A DNA stretch of 60,027 nt, counting the filler, from Hausera hauseri (lineage: Eukaryota): NCBI GenBank assembly GCA_046269625.1. It is 11 parts of 11 records of this genome, joined end to end, with 100 filler letters (N's around TTAATTAATTAA, not from the genome) between each part and the next. Parts side by side here need not be neighbours in the genome. Positions count along the whole stretch, not along the records: positions 35,178 to 41,191 come from JBJURY010153199.1; positions 41,292 to 45,611 come from JBJURY010636886.1; positions 45,712 to 51,211 come from JBJURY010241183.1; 8 more parts are not named here. One strand, written 5' to 3'. A model generated the notes under the pieces. The model was given only the letters and a program-made list of their open reading frames with translations, was not told the DNA's origin and ran no database searches. Positions 36,420 to 51,051 of the stretch are shown piece by piece (position 1 is the first letter of the stretch; each line of letters starts with the position of its first letter). A program made the position numbers and the translations under genes.

Positions 36420-39400
36420 ATGACGAGCTATTGTGGATACGAATTCAGTAGGATCCTCTATTATATATGCCCAGGATGTGAGGCTGTATGTGACGGAGAA
36501 TACATACAGTTTTACGAACATCATAATGCCCATTTGACAGACTTGAAGTCAAAGTCAAAGAAGGTCATATTTAATGAGCAGCATCATGCTTTGGCAGCAT
36601 AGACTGCTTTGGCAGCACAACCAGTTGTATAGACTGCTTTGGCGGCATGGCCCGATGCAGGACTAAAGCGCATAGCACTAGGAGCAGCAGAAGATGTTCT
36701 ATAAACAAGCCAAAGACAGCCGTCAGTTGATGCGGCAGCATTAAAGAGAAATTGCTGCAGATATGTTATTGAGGCAACTGATCAAACAACCTTCTAAGAA
36801 TTTCTCTTATAGACAAAGGACGAGACAGAGGGAATTCTTCAGGACACCATGGCTCAGCTCAAAGCCCTTAAGGTGAATATAAAACTGCAGGCCACATACA
36901 TCAATGTTGATGTCGAAAAATCCAATAGGGCCTTCAAGACCAAAATTAGACCCATATTGGAAATGGATACAAGAGGCGCATGAGAAGCTGATCCGTGAAG
37001 CCAGGTAGAGCCAGGATAAGAAGAGCGGATGGACTCCGGCAACTATCAGGAGATTGCTTGTGTATGTTCACAAGTACTCTCCCATGCGGGGTAGTTCATA
37101 TATTCAGCTCCCTGATTAAATCGCTAATAAAATCGTATGTCAATGTCCGTAATAACGACAACATGTGTTTTATGTATGCCATTCTATTAAAACTTGTAAC
37201 GGATCAAAATCGTGCTTCACGAGTTTGGCTATATAATGATCTGCAGCACAACTATGACTTCCAACGTATTAAGTTCCCGCCATCCATAGATGAAGTTAAA
37301 AAATTTGGAAAAGTCAGCAACATGTCCATCATATATTTTGGGATTTGACAAGGATAATAAATTCAATCCCCTACAGATATACAATACTGAATTGGAAGAT
37401 CATAGGGACCTACTCCTACTAGACGATTGAGAAAAGAAACATTATATTTGGATCAAAGACTTTGAGCGGCTAGTCAGGTCACAAATTACGAAACACCATG
37501 GACAAATAGAAATATGTAAACGATGCTTGTCCCATTTCAGCGGCGACGCAGCAGTGAACAAGCTTGAAGAACTCAATATGTACTGCAACAATAATTATTG
37601 TACCAGGCCAGAATTTCCGAAGGAGGACTACACTGAATTCAAGGAGTTCGAGAAGAAGATCAAGGTCTCAATAGTAACCTATTGCGACTTTTAAACTATT
37701 CTGCGTCCATTTCAGAGTTGCATACCAAATTCTCAACATAGCAGCACAACGGCACACCAATATCATGAGCTTTCATCATATTGCGTGTATGCCACAGGAC
37801 TGGACAGTGAACCATATCTGTTCAGGGGTCCAGGCGCTGCAGCTCATTTCATGAAACGACTCGAAGATATGGCTCATAGGCTTGGTGATATGTTACAGCA
37901 GCATAAGGACAACATTAGCATTTCGAAAAAGCAAGAAGAAGAATGGGGCAAGGCAACAGAATGTTACTTGTGTTCAAAGTCATTCACTAAGAAGAATCAA
38001 AATCAGGGATCATGGCCATTTTACAGGCATATATCGGAGCTCGGCATGTAACAATTTCAATCTACGCTGCAGAACATGTACATATATGCCTGTAGTGTTT
38101 CACAACCTCAGTTGTTATGATTCCCACTTCATTGTTCGGGAACTGGGCAGCATTGAAGGAAACATTGATGTGATCCCCAACAGTGAGGAGAAGTATATCA
38201 CCTTTACAAAGCATGTTTTGGAAAATCAGGCTTTGCTTCGTGGACAGCTTCCGTTTCATTTCGTCTTCACTTGCAAGTTTAGTGAAGAACCTCCTTGTGG
38301 AAGAACTCCAGGAGACGAAGCGGTTCTTTCCCACGACATTTGATCTCGTCAAGAGGAAAGGCGTGTTTCTGTATGACTACACAACCTCATGGAAAACACT
38401 GGATGAGACCTCATTGCCGGCCAAGAAGGACTTTTACAATATCTTCTCTGATTGCGATATCAGTAATATTGACTATCAGAATGCTCAGAACGTCTGGCAT
38501 ACATTCCAATGCCAACATTAGGAGAATACAGCGCCATGTACCTAAAGACGGACGTGCTGCTTCTGACGGATGTCTTTGAGAGTTTCAGGGATGTTACGAT
38601 AAAGAGCCGTGCATTGGATTCAGCTCATTTTTTTACGGCTCCATGGATGAATTGGACAGCTATACTGCGCTATCATAAAGGATTAGGACATAATCCTCAT
38701 AATTGAGAGAGGTATTGGAGGCGGGATATGCCAGGCCATTCACCGGTATAGCGAGACCAAAAACAAGTATATGGCCCAGTATGATCCATCCAAGGAATCC
38801 TCATATATAATATAACTGAATGCCAACAACTTGTATGGATGGGCAATGAGTGCCCCATTGCTATCTGATAACTTCAAGTGGGTCGAGCATCCTGAAAACA
38901 TCCCTTTACTGGACCTGGATCCCAGTGGAGATATGGACTACATACTGGAGATAAATATGGAATATAAAGCTTCTATCCACACAAGGCATAAGCAGATACC
39001 TTTCCTCCCTGGGAGCAAGCCTTCGCCTCATGAAAAGCATACAAAGCTGCTCTGCCATCTGGATAATATGGAGGAGTATGCAGTCCTCTACATAAATCTC
39101 TAATAGGCGGTCAGAAATGGACTCCGCATTACTAAGATTCATAGAGCCCTGCAGTTCAGCCACTCCATGTGGCTGCAGCCCTACGTAGACCTCAATACCA
39201 AGCTGCGAACAAATACCAAGAATAGTTTTCAGAAGGACCAGTTCAGGTTTTACAACACCAGCATTTTTGGCAAGACCATGGAGAATATTCGCAACAGGAT
39301 TGACATCGAATGGGTCTCTGAGTGGAAGCGGGCAAAGAAGCTCATTGACAAGCCCAACTTCCACAGCAGCACCATATATGCTGAGAACTTGGTCCACATC

Positions 39401-40020
39401 AATATGCTGAAAACATCGCTTGAGTTCAACAAGCCAATATATGTGGGTGTGGCAATACTGGACCTGTCAAAGACCTTGATGTACAAATTCCACTATAATA
39501 TTATGATCCCCACATTCAAGTCCATACAGCTGATGTATATGGATACTGATAGTTTCGTCTATCAGATCCATAATGAGGACATTTATGAGGACATTGTTAC
39601 GCTGTCACAGCATATGGATACGTCTGATTATCCGAAGGAGCATCCTAGCTATTCAGTAGCCAACAATAAAGTTCTTGAGAAATTCAAACACGAGGTGAAT
39701 GGGACAATCATCTCGAGATTGTAGCTCTTAAGTCCAAATTGTATGCAATTGATGTATGTGGTCAGGGCAAAAGAAAGCTAAGGGTGTTCAAAGAGCTACC
39801 TTAGCCAAGAAGATTACTTTTGCGGATTATGTGAGAATTCTGCATAAGCAGACTCACATTATATCAGAGATGCGAAGGATCCAGTCTAGGGATCATAACA
39901 CTGAGACATTAACATTACAGAAGAAGAGCCTAGATTGGATGGACGACAAAAGGCAGATTCTGGGTGGTGGAATAAGCACACTACCTCACGGACATGTCTC
40001 ATTGAAAATATGTACATATT
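36420..40020 (+). pseudogene. Near full-length pPolB (Polinton/adintovirus type), decayed
   Basis: VNVRNNDNMCFMYAIL, CYLC..DHGHFTG, PVVFHNLSCYDSHFI, KRKGVFLYDY, YLKTDVLLLTDVFESFR, NNLYGWAM, FGKTMEN, YMDTDS, KKAKGV, DDKR. Confidence 0.93.
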
Positions 40021-40199
40021 GTTATTCTGTGTTTAATAAAACGTGTATACAAATATCGCGTTGTCTTTTTAATCAAGTAATGTGGGATATAGGATAAGGC
40101 CAAGTAAAACTAAATAACTACTATGTAGAATAAGGCAATAAGATAATTTCATAACAATATAACTTTGGCATAACGCCAAACATTTTTATAATGTGGGTT

Positions 40200-41040
40200 T
40201 GTGTCTTTGTTTGGGTAAAATGAAGTAACCTGGGAAATGAATTGGTTCAAATATTTGTCTCGTGTGTGCATGTTTGTGTGTGCGGGTGAGTAAAATGCGA
40301 GTAACTTGAGAAATGAATGATTATGATATATGTCTGTATGCTTGTCTGTGCTTGTAAAATGTAAGTAACCTGAGAAAAGGTATAGCTCAGATATATGTCT
40401 GTGTGTTTGTCTGTGTGGGTGTATGTAAAATGCAACTAACTTGGGAAAATGTATAGCTCAGATATGCGTCGTGTGTGTGCATGTGTTTCTGCGGTATAAT
40501 GAAGTAACCTGGGAAATGAATTGGCTATGATATATGTCTGTGTGTGAGTGCGTGTTTTTGTACATTTGTGTGCGGGTATAATAAAGTAATTTGGGAAATA
40601 AATTTGCTATGATATATGTCTGTGTGTATATGTGCGCGCATATGTGTATGTGTAAAATACAACTAATATGGGTAATATTTAGCTAATGAGAGTAATATGA
40701 GTAATACAATTAATATGGGTAATACAAGTAATATGGGTAATCTGCAGTTACTATATATGTAATATGCTGGTAATATAGCTAATTGAGATAAACTATAAGT
40801 AACATATGTCCCATGAAGGTAATGCATGTGAAACTAATCAATACACTAATCAATGCAATAATCATTACACTCGTCAATAAATCAATGCAATGCAGCAGTA
40901 TATTATACATACTTTGACTCTCTTTAATTAACTCTATGCACCTATATGTTTAACCCTATATACCTATTAGGCTCACCATATATGCATATATAGTTAACCC
41001 TACACACCTATTCATTTCCCCTATATAGTTAATCCTATTG
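40200..41040. repeat. Tandem and low-complexity repeats downstream of pPolB
   Basis: ~60-70-bp units with aagtaacctgggaaa and (TG)n tracts, then gtaatatg-type and accctata-type short repeats. Confidence 0.7.
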
Positions 41041-41291
41041 ACTTTCAAACCGTATAGCATAGAGTGTATCACTTGAAAGGGTTAGACAAAAACAAAAGTA
41101 TAAAAACATTGTATTATCCAGTTTAAAGTATGCATAATCAAGTTGAACGTATGCATCCAGAATTATTTATAAGGAATATTGAATATTTCAANNNNNNNNN
41201 NNNNNNNNNNNNNNNNNNNNNNNNNNNNNNNNNNNTTAATTAATTAANNNNNNNNNNNNNNNNNNNNNNNNNNNNNNNNNNNNNNNNNNNN

Positions 41292-44200
41292 AGGTCGGAA
41301 TAAGTTGTCTTAACTTACTTTCAGTAATGTTTACGTTAATTAGCTCAATTAAATCCCTTTCAGTTAGCGCTGAATCCAGGAGCATCTCCACATTGTATTT
41401 CTTGCTCTTCGGGCACGTTTCTATTTCTTTTAGCTGTACTGGACTCACAGGATTTCTGACCGTTATTGCCTCTAAGTATGCATCCCAATCCGGTTCGTTC
41501 CAAACATCGGGAAGTCCACAGTCTATTAAGGTTGTATTTGTTCTTTGAACATTTTCTCGAATTTCCTTCAATTTTGAATGTATTTCTTTTATCTGCGTAG
41601 TTCGGAAACCTATGCCATTTCCACAGGCATACTGAATCATTGTCAATAATTTACCTAATTCGTTAGAGTTGACGAGTCATTTTTGGTGATAATCCGTTAG
41701 TTCAATAATTACATCTCTTTGCAATCTTTGTACAAATTCACTCTTATTTTTGATCTATAATTCGGTAAAAGCATATTTATTTCAGTAGATTTCTAGCTCT
41801 TTTATTAACTCGTCTAACCTTGTTGCTTTTTGTTTGGTTTTAATGGAAGTTTTTTCAACCTGCCTTATTTTAGGCATCAATTGCCTCATCTTCTCATCAT
41901 TAATTTCTGCCATTTCTACTAATAGAAAGGCTAGTTCATACATCTCATTTATGACTTTTGAGTCGGGATCTATTGCATCAAGCAATTTCTTTACGAACTT
42001 AGATTTCTGAAAACTAATATGTTGGTCATCTCTTATCTTCGTCAACTCGGTGTGGCAATTCTGATCTGATCCGGTCATCCATTCTTGTGGTTTATGCAAG
42101 AATTTTACTGCTTCTGTTAGAGCTACTCTATGTTCTAGACAAATATCTAGGGTTTCGATATCCTGGATTGAAATCTCGTCTATAGGTTTATATGTTAACT
42201 GTTGGACTCCTTCTAGTCAGACATTTCTTAATCTTGGATAAAAATTGGAAGTCATATTTCGCCTTTCTGCAAAATTTGTCTCTTCGATCATTTTATAAAT
42301 ATCTTCCAATATCATCGCCTTTTGTTTCTTCATAAAATTTAGTCCTCGTAATGCTTCGAATTGAATTCGAATATCTATTTCCGCCTTACTTGTGTCTAAG
42401 TTACGTGCACTTTCTTCTAGCTGTTTCTTTATCGAAGGCTCGCTCTCTGGAAAATCTTTCTTACAGTTTTTTACTAATTTACTTAGTCGCGTTACTAATT
42501 CGGACCATTCCGACAATTAATTGGCGATTATTGGTTTTGCCATTATAGCCTTATCTAACATCTTATATGCGTCCTTTAATTCATTATCTGGGCCTGTTAT
42601 GAAATTCATAATCCGGCTGACATAGCTAAACTCGTTCTTATACTCGTCGAATTCTATGACACAAGCTTTAACTACGTATTGGGTTTCTTCGTGGTTTGGA
42701 GATACAATTCGGCTTCTCAAGCTATAAATCTACTCTTGCTTTTCATTTTCCATTTTGGTTCGATCCTCTAGATTTGTGTATCGTTTTGGTACAGCGAAAG
42801 CAATTTTTATCACCTCCATTAAGAGAGAAATATCTACTGGGTCTACACCCAATATTTCTACATCGATATTACTTCGATTGCTAACTGGTTTTCCTCTAAG
42901 CCGGTTAATCATTGCATGGCGAATTTCATACTTCATACGCTCTAAATTACGGACTACCCTCTTCAGTTTTGAATTTGTTTCTAAAGTATATAATAATGTC
43001 TGAGCTTTAGCGACTTTTACATCGACACTATCTTCGCTTTTGCTCCATCCTTCCGAAAATTCGACTCCACTTTTAATCCATGATTCTAATTCATGCTTCC
43101 ATTTTAATAACGTTTCAGGTCATACTTCTTCAGGTTGTATTAAGTCGGTTGCTTCATAGAGTTTTCCTTCACTGCATAATTTTAAAATTTTGTATAACCT
43201 CTTAGCAAACTGTTGCCCTTTTCCGGATACATCTACTTGTTCACTGATTTGCTTGAGTCTTTCCAAGTTACGTTGTATTATTTCTGGGTCGTAGCATCTA
43301 ATTCTCATTTTCTTTAACTAATCGAGTTTTTTACGAACGTCGAACTTTCCACTTCCTTGGATCAAAAGGATTAATGTTTTCCGTTTATTCCTCTGTAGTG
43401 TGAAGTGGGCAAATCTCGTTAATTTCTTTAATTGATTTTGTAGATTCTTTTACCTCGATAGGCGTTAATGGACCAATTTCTGGGGTATTTAAGCTATGTT
43501 ATACATCGCTTTCTACTATGATGTTCGTATTTTCCGCTTCTTCTAATTTTTTTCCAGTTACTGGTGAGCGTGAACGACTCTTATGTTTCGTTTTCAATGA
43601 AGGGCTATGGCCTATATTTTTGGTAATTTTAAGTATTAATGGTTCCATAAATTCTCTTTTATCTGCATCATCTTCGGTAGTCTTATTTGGCTTTTCAACC
43701 GTGAACTCAGGTTCTGCATCTAAGTCGACTTCTGTGGATGTTCCTGGTTTATCAGATATTTTATTACTCGTCGGAACGCACCTTTTCCGTGTCATATCAA
43801 TTTGTTTGGGTGCTATCGCATATTTATATTCAGTTTCAGGCTCGGCTAAACCATGATACACTTCTAATAGTCTTAGCTTATCTTTATATTATTTTCTGGC
43901 CATTAAAATTTGTTGGTTAATAGTCTCAGGCTTAGCATTAAGAAATCTTCGTAAGTCCTATATATCAATGATAGTACCTACATCGCCACGAACACCATAC
44001 TTTACTTCTACATTTTCATTAACTTTAATCATACTAGTCTTATTGGGCTCAGTAAAGAAAACGCTACCCGGATTGGGGCATGACAATGAAATATGCCGTT
44101 TTTTACCACAAGTAAAAAAACAAAATGTCCATTTCTGCCGACTCTTTGTCGACCGACTTCATTCACAGGTGACTTGGGACTATTTGTACTTCTACTGTAC

Positions 44201-45611
44201 TGATTCGGCAAACTTTGTGTACTATCTACATTTCTTCGACTATCATTATTTCGATTATCATCCTCACGATTTGAATAATTTGAACCTTTGTAGTTTTCTC
44301 GAATTCTATTCGAATTAGAATTTGACTTGTTCATATTCCGGCCATTAGCATAACTATGGTTTCGACTATTCCTGTAGTCATTATTACTATTTCTATTTTC
44401 ATAATTTCTATTTCCATTACATCGTCTATCATCTCTTCCACGGTTGTCATTCCGATTTCTATCATTACGGTCATTTCGATCATTATTTCTATCATTTCTG
44501 TCGTTGTGTCTGGCATATCTATCGAGTGCCATTTCTAAATCCTGAGCCAATTGTAGAATTCTCTCAAAATTCTCAGATCTGGCCAAAATCAACTGCTTAA
44601 CTAAATATCGGGACCAAATGCCATTAATTAACTGAGTTGTCATCAGGACGTCTACATCTGGCGGGGTTGCCTTTTTTTGCAGAATCGCGTTCTGCGTCCG
44701 TTTTGGCTTTTGCTACATTAGTTATTCTCAGAGTACTTACATAACTATTAGCAAGTTTTTTCAATGCAAATGCAAACTGGGTTACCGATTCACCCTTTGG
44801 TTGCACTCTATTTTGAAATGCTACAAGCTTTTGTTGTGGCGTTACTGTCGGCAATAATTTACGGTTTAATGCTCCTACCAGAGAGGACCAAGATTTCTTC
44901 TCATCACTAATGAGCTCACTACAAGTGTCAGCAGCTAAATTTTTCAAATACAACGACAAGCGTTTAATCATTACTTCAGGTGTGAGACTGGCACCTTCTT
45001 CGTGCAGTTTGTAAGTTCTCAAGAATTCATTAAGCCCGTCCGGGTCACCATCGTATGGTGGCAGATTCAGAGAATCAAAAGTAAAAATGTCCAGTTTTTG
45101 CGCTACTGGTGAGTTATCTGCTGCCATATTGGTTACGTAGTTTATATCTAAATTTGCTTTATTGATTTTATGTTTCTCAAGTGGGATTTTAAATTGCTTG
45201 TTTTGCCCGGTGACGTCTAATTTGATTCTATTTTCCAAATTTGAACGTTTATATAATTTTTTAGAATCTATGTATATATTTCTACGTGTTTGACTTATGG
45301 GTGAATTATCTTTTAATACAACGTTTACTTTTGACTTATCAATATTTGTTCTCGAAATATTGATTTTTTGTGTATATAGTACATTTTCATGGAATAATTT
45401 TTATGCATAAGGGGGTTTTTGAACATGCGGAATCGACTACCGCTGTTAGATTTTTCGAATATTTCGATATTCGAGCCAAAAAATATTCGAATTTCGAATA
45501 TTTGACTCGAGATTCAAGATCACCATAGTCGATATCCTATCTGTTCCCGCTCAATGTTATATTGAATTTTGTTTCCTTAGGACATAAAATACCTTTGGGA
45601 TGTCTGGTCCA
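41292..45611 (-). mobile_element. 5' part of a second, diverged member of the gag-X gypsy family (5' UTR, gag, region X)
   Basis: Gag capsid-like LPPYDGDP..FL..Y...RVQPKGESVTQF (44624-45238), N/R/D-rich linker, frameshifted CCHC knuckle ~44075-44125, then peptides collinear with 18680-21400; contig ends before env position. Confidence 0.88.
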
Positions 45612-45711
45612 NNNNNNNNNNNNNNNNNNNNNNNNNNNNNNNNNNNNNNNNNNNNTTAATTAATTAANNNNNNNNNNNNNNNNNNNNNNNNNNNNNNNNN
45701 NNNNNNNNNNN

Positions 45712-45796
45712 GACAGATAGCTTCAAGGTGGAGGTGGGATTGCATCAAGGATCGGCTCTGAGCCCCTTCTTGTTTGCTCTGGTGATGGGCCGACTA
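45712..45796 (+). mobile_element. RTE-clade LINE reverse transcriptase fragment
   Basis: Encodes FKVEVGLHQGSALSPFLFALVM. Confidence 0.85.
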
Positions 45797-45952
45797 ATAC
45801 ATAGTTCCCATGTGACGTAACATCAGGGGCATTTCCGGGTAGTCCTCCATGCGTATAGGCGGAACAAAGCTACCAGAGCAGCAGTTACAGCGCAGTCTAC
45901 TGGCAGTGTAATTTTCGCTTTTTTTAAATTTTGTTATTTCTAATCATTTGCA

Positions 45953-48017
45953 ATGGTTACTTCGTGTTGGGTTAGTGGGTGTTCCAATCGGGGAAGCGTC
46001 AAGCTTAATTTTTTCTTAATTCCGAAAATAAGGACAAATGAAGGACCAGAAACCAAGGAGCTCACCACAGAACGTCGACGAGTCTGGCTGCATAATATCA
46101 ACCGCAAGGATCTGCCCTCGAAGACATCCAAAATATGCTCCGATCACTTTTTGTCCGGTAAACCAAATTTTGATACAAATAATTTTGCTAAATAATGTGT
46201 GTTTGAGCAGTTGTTTCATGATCTACCGTCTCTGTTAGTGTTGTTAGCTTAGCTAGCAACGCTATGCTACATGCTAGCCTCCACACCGTAACACTCACAG
46301 CCACAAAGTTCTGGTTCTGGTCCCGTGTTTAGCCTGGACTGTTTGTTGTTAGAAGGATGCATGTTAATTCTCTGTTGGCAAATTACTGTATACATTTGAG
46401 TCATTGCTTCTGTTTTATTGTTTTTTATTGTTTTTCTTGTTGTTCAGGACGGCCTGCACACATGTACGACAAATCAAATCCAGACTGGGCTCCTACATTG
46501 AAGTTGACCGGTGCTCATACTCCCAGAAAGTCAGCAAGGGAACAACAAAGAACTGAGGCAAAGCTGAACAGGTATAAAAATTAATATAATTGTTTTTTTA
46601 AATGATAATAGTAATTTATAAACATATTATTACTCTTATAATTATATATTTATAAACATGTAATCTTTAAATCATTGTAAAATATAATTAAGTTGTTTTT
46701 GAACTTGTTAAAATGTCTGCTGTGGTAATGTGATCTGTTTTCAGCAGCAAACTTGTAATATTATTACTTAGACGCAAACAAATATATCCATTCACATATA
46801 TATATATTTATGTTTATATTAATTATAGGTTCAGACGAGTGAAAGAAAGAGTTCGCTCTAAGGAACAGCTCCAGTGTGCGCAGGCTCTCCTAGACCTCGG
46901 TGCAGTCTCTGAACCAGAGGTTTTGGCAACACCAATCGACCAACCTGAAGAGGAGGAAGCAGTTCCAGTGTGTGAAACGGTTCAGCAGCAGCAAGAGGGT
47001 GCAAATGACTGTACAGAACATACACCTGTTTCTGAAAGTCAGGTTCAGTTTGAACTGCAGTCATTAATAACAGAAAACATTAACTTAAGAAATCAGCTAA
47101 GTGATTTTCAATTTAATGAAAAAAGCTTTGAGAATAATAACTTTAAAGTAAGATACTACACAGGCCTCCCATCATTTCTCATGCTGATGACTGTATTTGA
47201 TCATGTGAAGACATTCATACCAATTCCTAAAGTAAATCCTCATTTTGGTCAATTCCAACGATTTATTATGACACTAATGCGTCTGAAATTAAACTCTCCT
47301 GTGCAAGACTTGGCTTTCAGATTTCGAACCTCTACCTCAACAGTTTCAAGGACATTTCTGTTTGTCATCCAACTTTTATATACACGTCTGAAGAAGCTGC
47401 TGTATTGGCCACAGCGTGATGAATTGAGGAAAACCATGCCTCTTGAATTTAGAAAACATTTTGGACAAAGAACTGTTGTTATAATCGACTGCTTTGAAGT
47501 GTTTATTCAGAGGCCTAAAAACTTATTGGCACGTGCACAAACGTGGTCCAACTATAAGCATTCGAACACAGTAAAATTCTTAATAGGCATCACCCCGCAG
47601 GGTTCAGTATCTTTTCTGTCCAAAGCATGGGGTGGCAGGACAAGTGATAAGTGGATAACTGAAAACTGTGGTTTGCTGTTGAAACTACTTCCAGGTGACC
47701 TCATACTAGCAGATCGTGGTTTCAACATACAGGGCAGTGTGGAACCATTCTGTGCAGAGGTGAACATTCCGAGTTTCACCAAAGGTAAAGCACAACTCTC
47801 AGCAGTAGATGTGGAAACCACAAGGAAGATTGCACATGTTCGAATACATGTGGAAAGGGTCATTGGACTTGTTAGAAACAAGTACACTATGCTTCAAGCT
47901 CGTTTGCCAATTGATTACTTAATCAAAAATGATGACGGCTTGCCAGTGGTTGACAAAATTGCTACTGTCGCATGTGCCCTTACAAACTTGTGTGATTCAG
48001 TAGTCTCACTAACTTGA
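45953..48017 (+). CDS. THAP-HTH-DDE transposase; exons 45953-46157, 46448-46571, 46829-48017
   Basis: C..GC...W...ICSDHF...PDWAPTL (THAP); YYTGLP; [23 protein letters not shown]; GT-AG introns; no lesion seen. Confidence 0.92.
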
Positions 48018-48957
48018 GCATAAACACATATTCGACATGTATGAAAAGTAATTCAGTTTCAGACTGTGATGAAAAGAAGACTATGCGTCTGCTGGCTTCC
48101 TTCCTTACGGAACATTTTGTATTTTGCTATTAATGTTAATATTTTTGCAAAGTGCCCTGAAACTACTACTCTTGTGATTTGGTGTTAAACTGAACAGAAT
48201 TGTGAATGTCTTATGTCATAAGACTGTGTTTGAATACAAGGACCTTGTATTACACTGAATGTATGTTTGTTACAAATTGTTTATTCTGTACCTCAATTTT
48301 TGAATATCTGTGTGTTGAAGTCATTTCAATTAAAATGCTTAAGACAAATTGTCCATTCATTGTATTGTATTGAATTTAGACAGTTTACAATGATTTCTAC
48401 ATATAGATGTTTAATTTAAAAATTGTCATTCCCACCGTTCAGCTGGAGGTGCCATCATAGTGCAGGAGAAATATACCAAAATGTGTAGGTTTTGAAAATG
48501 TCAATGAAACATTGTACTGTAAATGGATAAGTTGAAAAACAGAACAATGATACTTGATTAACTGCTTTATTTAAAAAATAAATAAATAAAACAGTTTTTT
48601 ACCAGCACTGTATTTCAAAGAGAATACACGTTATTTCATAAGGGTCATTGCTGTGAAGTATCAATTCATATGGCTAGCTAATAAAGGAAAGCATAAAGAA
48701 ATAGTTCAAAGAACTTTCTTTAAAGATTTCTTTGGATGTCACAAAATTCAAACAAGCAATAATAAACCTAAATTTTATAGAATAAAATAAAAACATAGTT
48801 ATGTACATTTATAAAAGTAAAAGGTTGGAACTTAAAAAAATAGCTCGTAAACAACAACGTATTCACATGAAAAGTTCATTGATCACAGTACATTTAGATG
48901 TTGTTATCACTTGCTGTGGTGCAGAACTACACACACAACTGTTTTCTGTCATTCTAT

Positions 48958-51051
48958 TTACATTGTGGCCAGTCCACGTGTGAAAAGGCTCCCTGTGAGT
49001 TCAGGCAGAATTACTTCAATGAAGTATTGCTTTGATTTATTAATAATTTGATGTCTTAGCTGCTGATCAACAGTTATCCTCTGAGAACTGACATCAGCTT
49101 CTGTCCAAACAACAAAATCGCAGTAAGATCTGTTTGAGGCTAAAAGTTGCGTCTGAACCTGGTACCCGTACTGATGTTCAGGTTTCAGCTGCCCATCACT
49201 GTCCATAAAATCCAAACACTCCAAATTTGCCTTAACAGTTGTTGCTCTTATGCAAAAGGGACATTTAATTTCAACAACACCTTCCCCACAGCAGTCGCAG
49301 GACACAAACGCATCGGGGCTTGCTCCAATGTGAGGACACTCTGTTGAAACGACAAGTCCACATTTTTGCACAATTAGACGGCTGTGCTCAGCTGCAACAG
49401 ACTTTGTGTACTGGTCCAGAGCAACTCTTTCATGTTCACATCCCCACCTTGTAGCTTCTGTTGAAAAATTTTTTTTTCCGCCACAAATGTTAGACACTGT
49501 ACTTTTCACAGGGGCTTTTGGATTCCCAACACACACAGACTTCATTCGTGAAGCAGTTATTCTGCCATGGCGCAGAGCATGCCACACCTTACATTTGGAT
49601 TGCTCAGTAGTCAGTCTCTCAGCATTTGCTGACTGTTCTGCTGTTATAAACAAAGTGTCATAAAGAGTTCTGCAAACATTTTTTAAATCATTCCGCCCCA
49701 TAGCCTCATACTTTGCATGGCGCAATGTCCCAAGTGACACTGGGAGACATCCCTCCTTCAATATCTCCGGAACGTACTTTTCCTGAAAGCCAGCAGTAAC
49801 AGCTAACAAAGCTGGCTTTGATCCCACGACAGCAATCTTTTGCTTTAAAATGTCCATCTCTTCATCGGCTGGATCTGGAAATGAAGGTGTCTTCAGAACT
49901 GAACAAGATGGTTGTTGTGCCTCACCACCATTCACCACGCCTTCAAATTTTTTCTTCTTCATCGCTGGGGAGGTGAAGTCGATGTCACGGACTCCACCTT
50001 GTGAAGAGATGATGGTACCGGCCATGATGCCTTCTTCTGTGTGACAGTCATGGCCGCGTTCGCTCGGTAGGTGCTGTCGACCCAGTATAACAGGGCTCCA
50101 ACATGACTGCAGACCTCCCCCAGTCCAGCCATGCAGTCACAGTGGGCAGAATCCACAACTCCATCTTTACATGAAATGATCCATGGCCGAAGTGGAGTTT
50201 CATTCATCTTCTGTGAGTGACGCACCTATGAACAGAAAGTTACATACATAGTTGTATAAAAATTAAATTTGTGAAGTAAACAATGAAAAAGACCAATTTA
50301 TTCTATGCTGGAAGAAATGGATGGTTTATATAAAATCACGTACACCATATATAGACCTAGTAATTTATGAATAATATATTGACTGTAACAAAAACCATTT
50401 TCACTCCTTTTATATTAGTGTTTATTTTTAAATGCTACTGTGATAATAATATTTGAAATATTAAACATATTTACTGTAATACTTTAATAATACTTTAGAC
50501 CAAGTACAGTTATTTGTTTTGTTACCACTAACTCAAGTATCCAAACCCAGTCATATGTAATATAAATACATGTACTATCATAGTAGTAATGTGACATTTA
50601 TCAGCGATATTTACTGCTATGTTTAAGCTAATGCATGTTTAGGTTAAGCTAATGTAGCTTGTATCTGCAGTCTATGAGGGACATCTACCTGTATAATATT
50701 GTAATTACTTACTCTGCCAGTCACCAGAACTTTGTTATTAGCATGAAGCGTCCGTACGTCCTTCACAAATCCGTTGAAGCACTGATTATATGCATCCATT
50801 GATTTAAGACCACGAAGCTCCGCCATTGTGTACGCACTCCTCGTGTTGACTAAATAATTAACGATGTCATAGTAACATATCGGTGGCAACTTGTCAGCGT
50901 CGTCAGACATCTTTTCTTTCTCCATCTCATATGGGTCAACTCCGACCACTGCTATTTTTTGCAGATATCTAGCTCTTGCGCCTTGGTCAAGAGTATCGAC
51001 ATACTTAGTTCTGGTTGCTCGCGTCTGTTTATTCGCCATCTTGCTCGCCAT
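48958..51051 (-). pseudogene. SWIM zinc finger + YqaJ/lambda-exonuclease-like protein; exons 51051-50713 and 50225-48958, one frameshift ~50000
   Basis: AHCDCMAGLGEVCSHVGALL; RITAS, WGCEHE, GASPD, EIKCPF, YQVQTQL, CDFVVWT. Confidence 0.88.
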
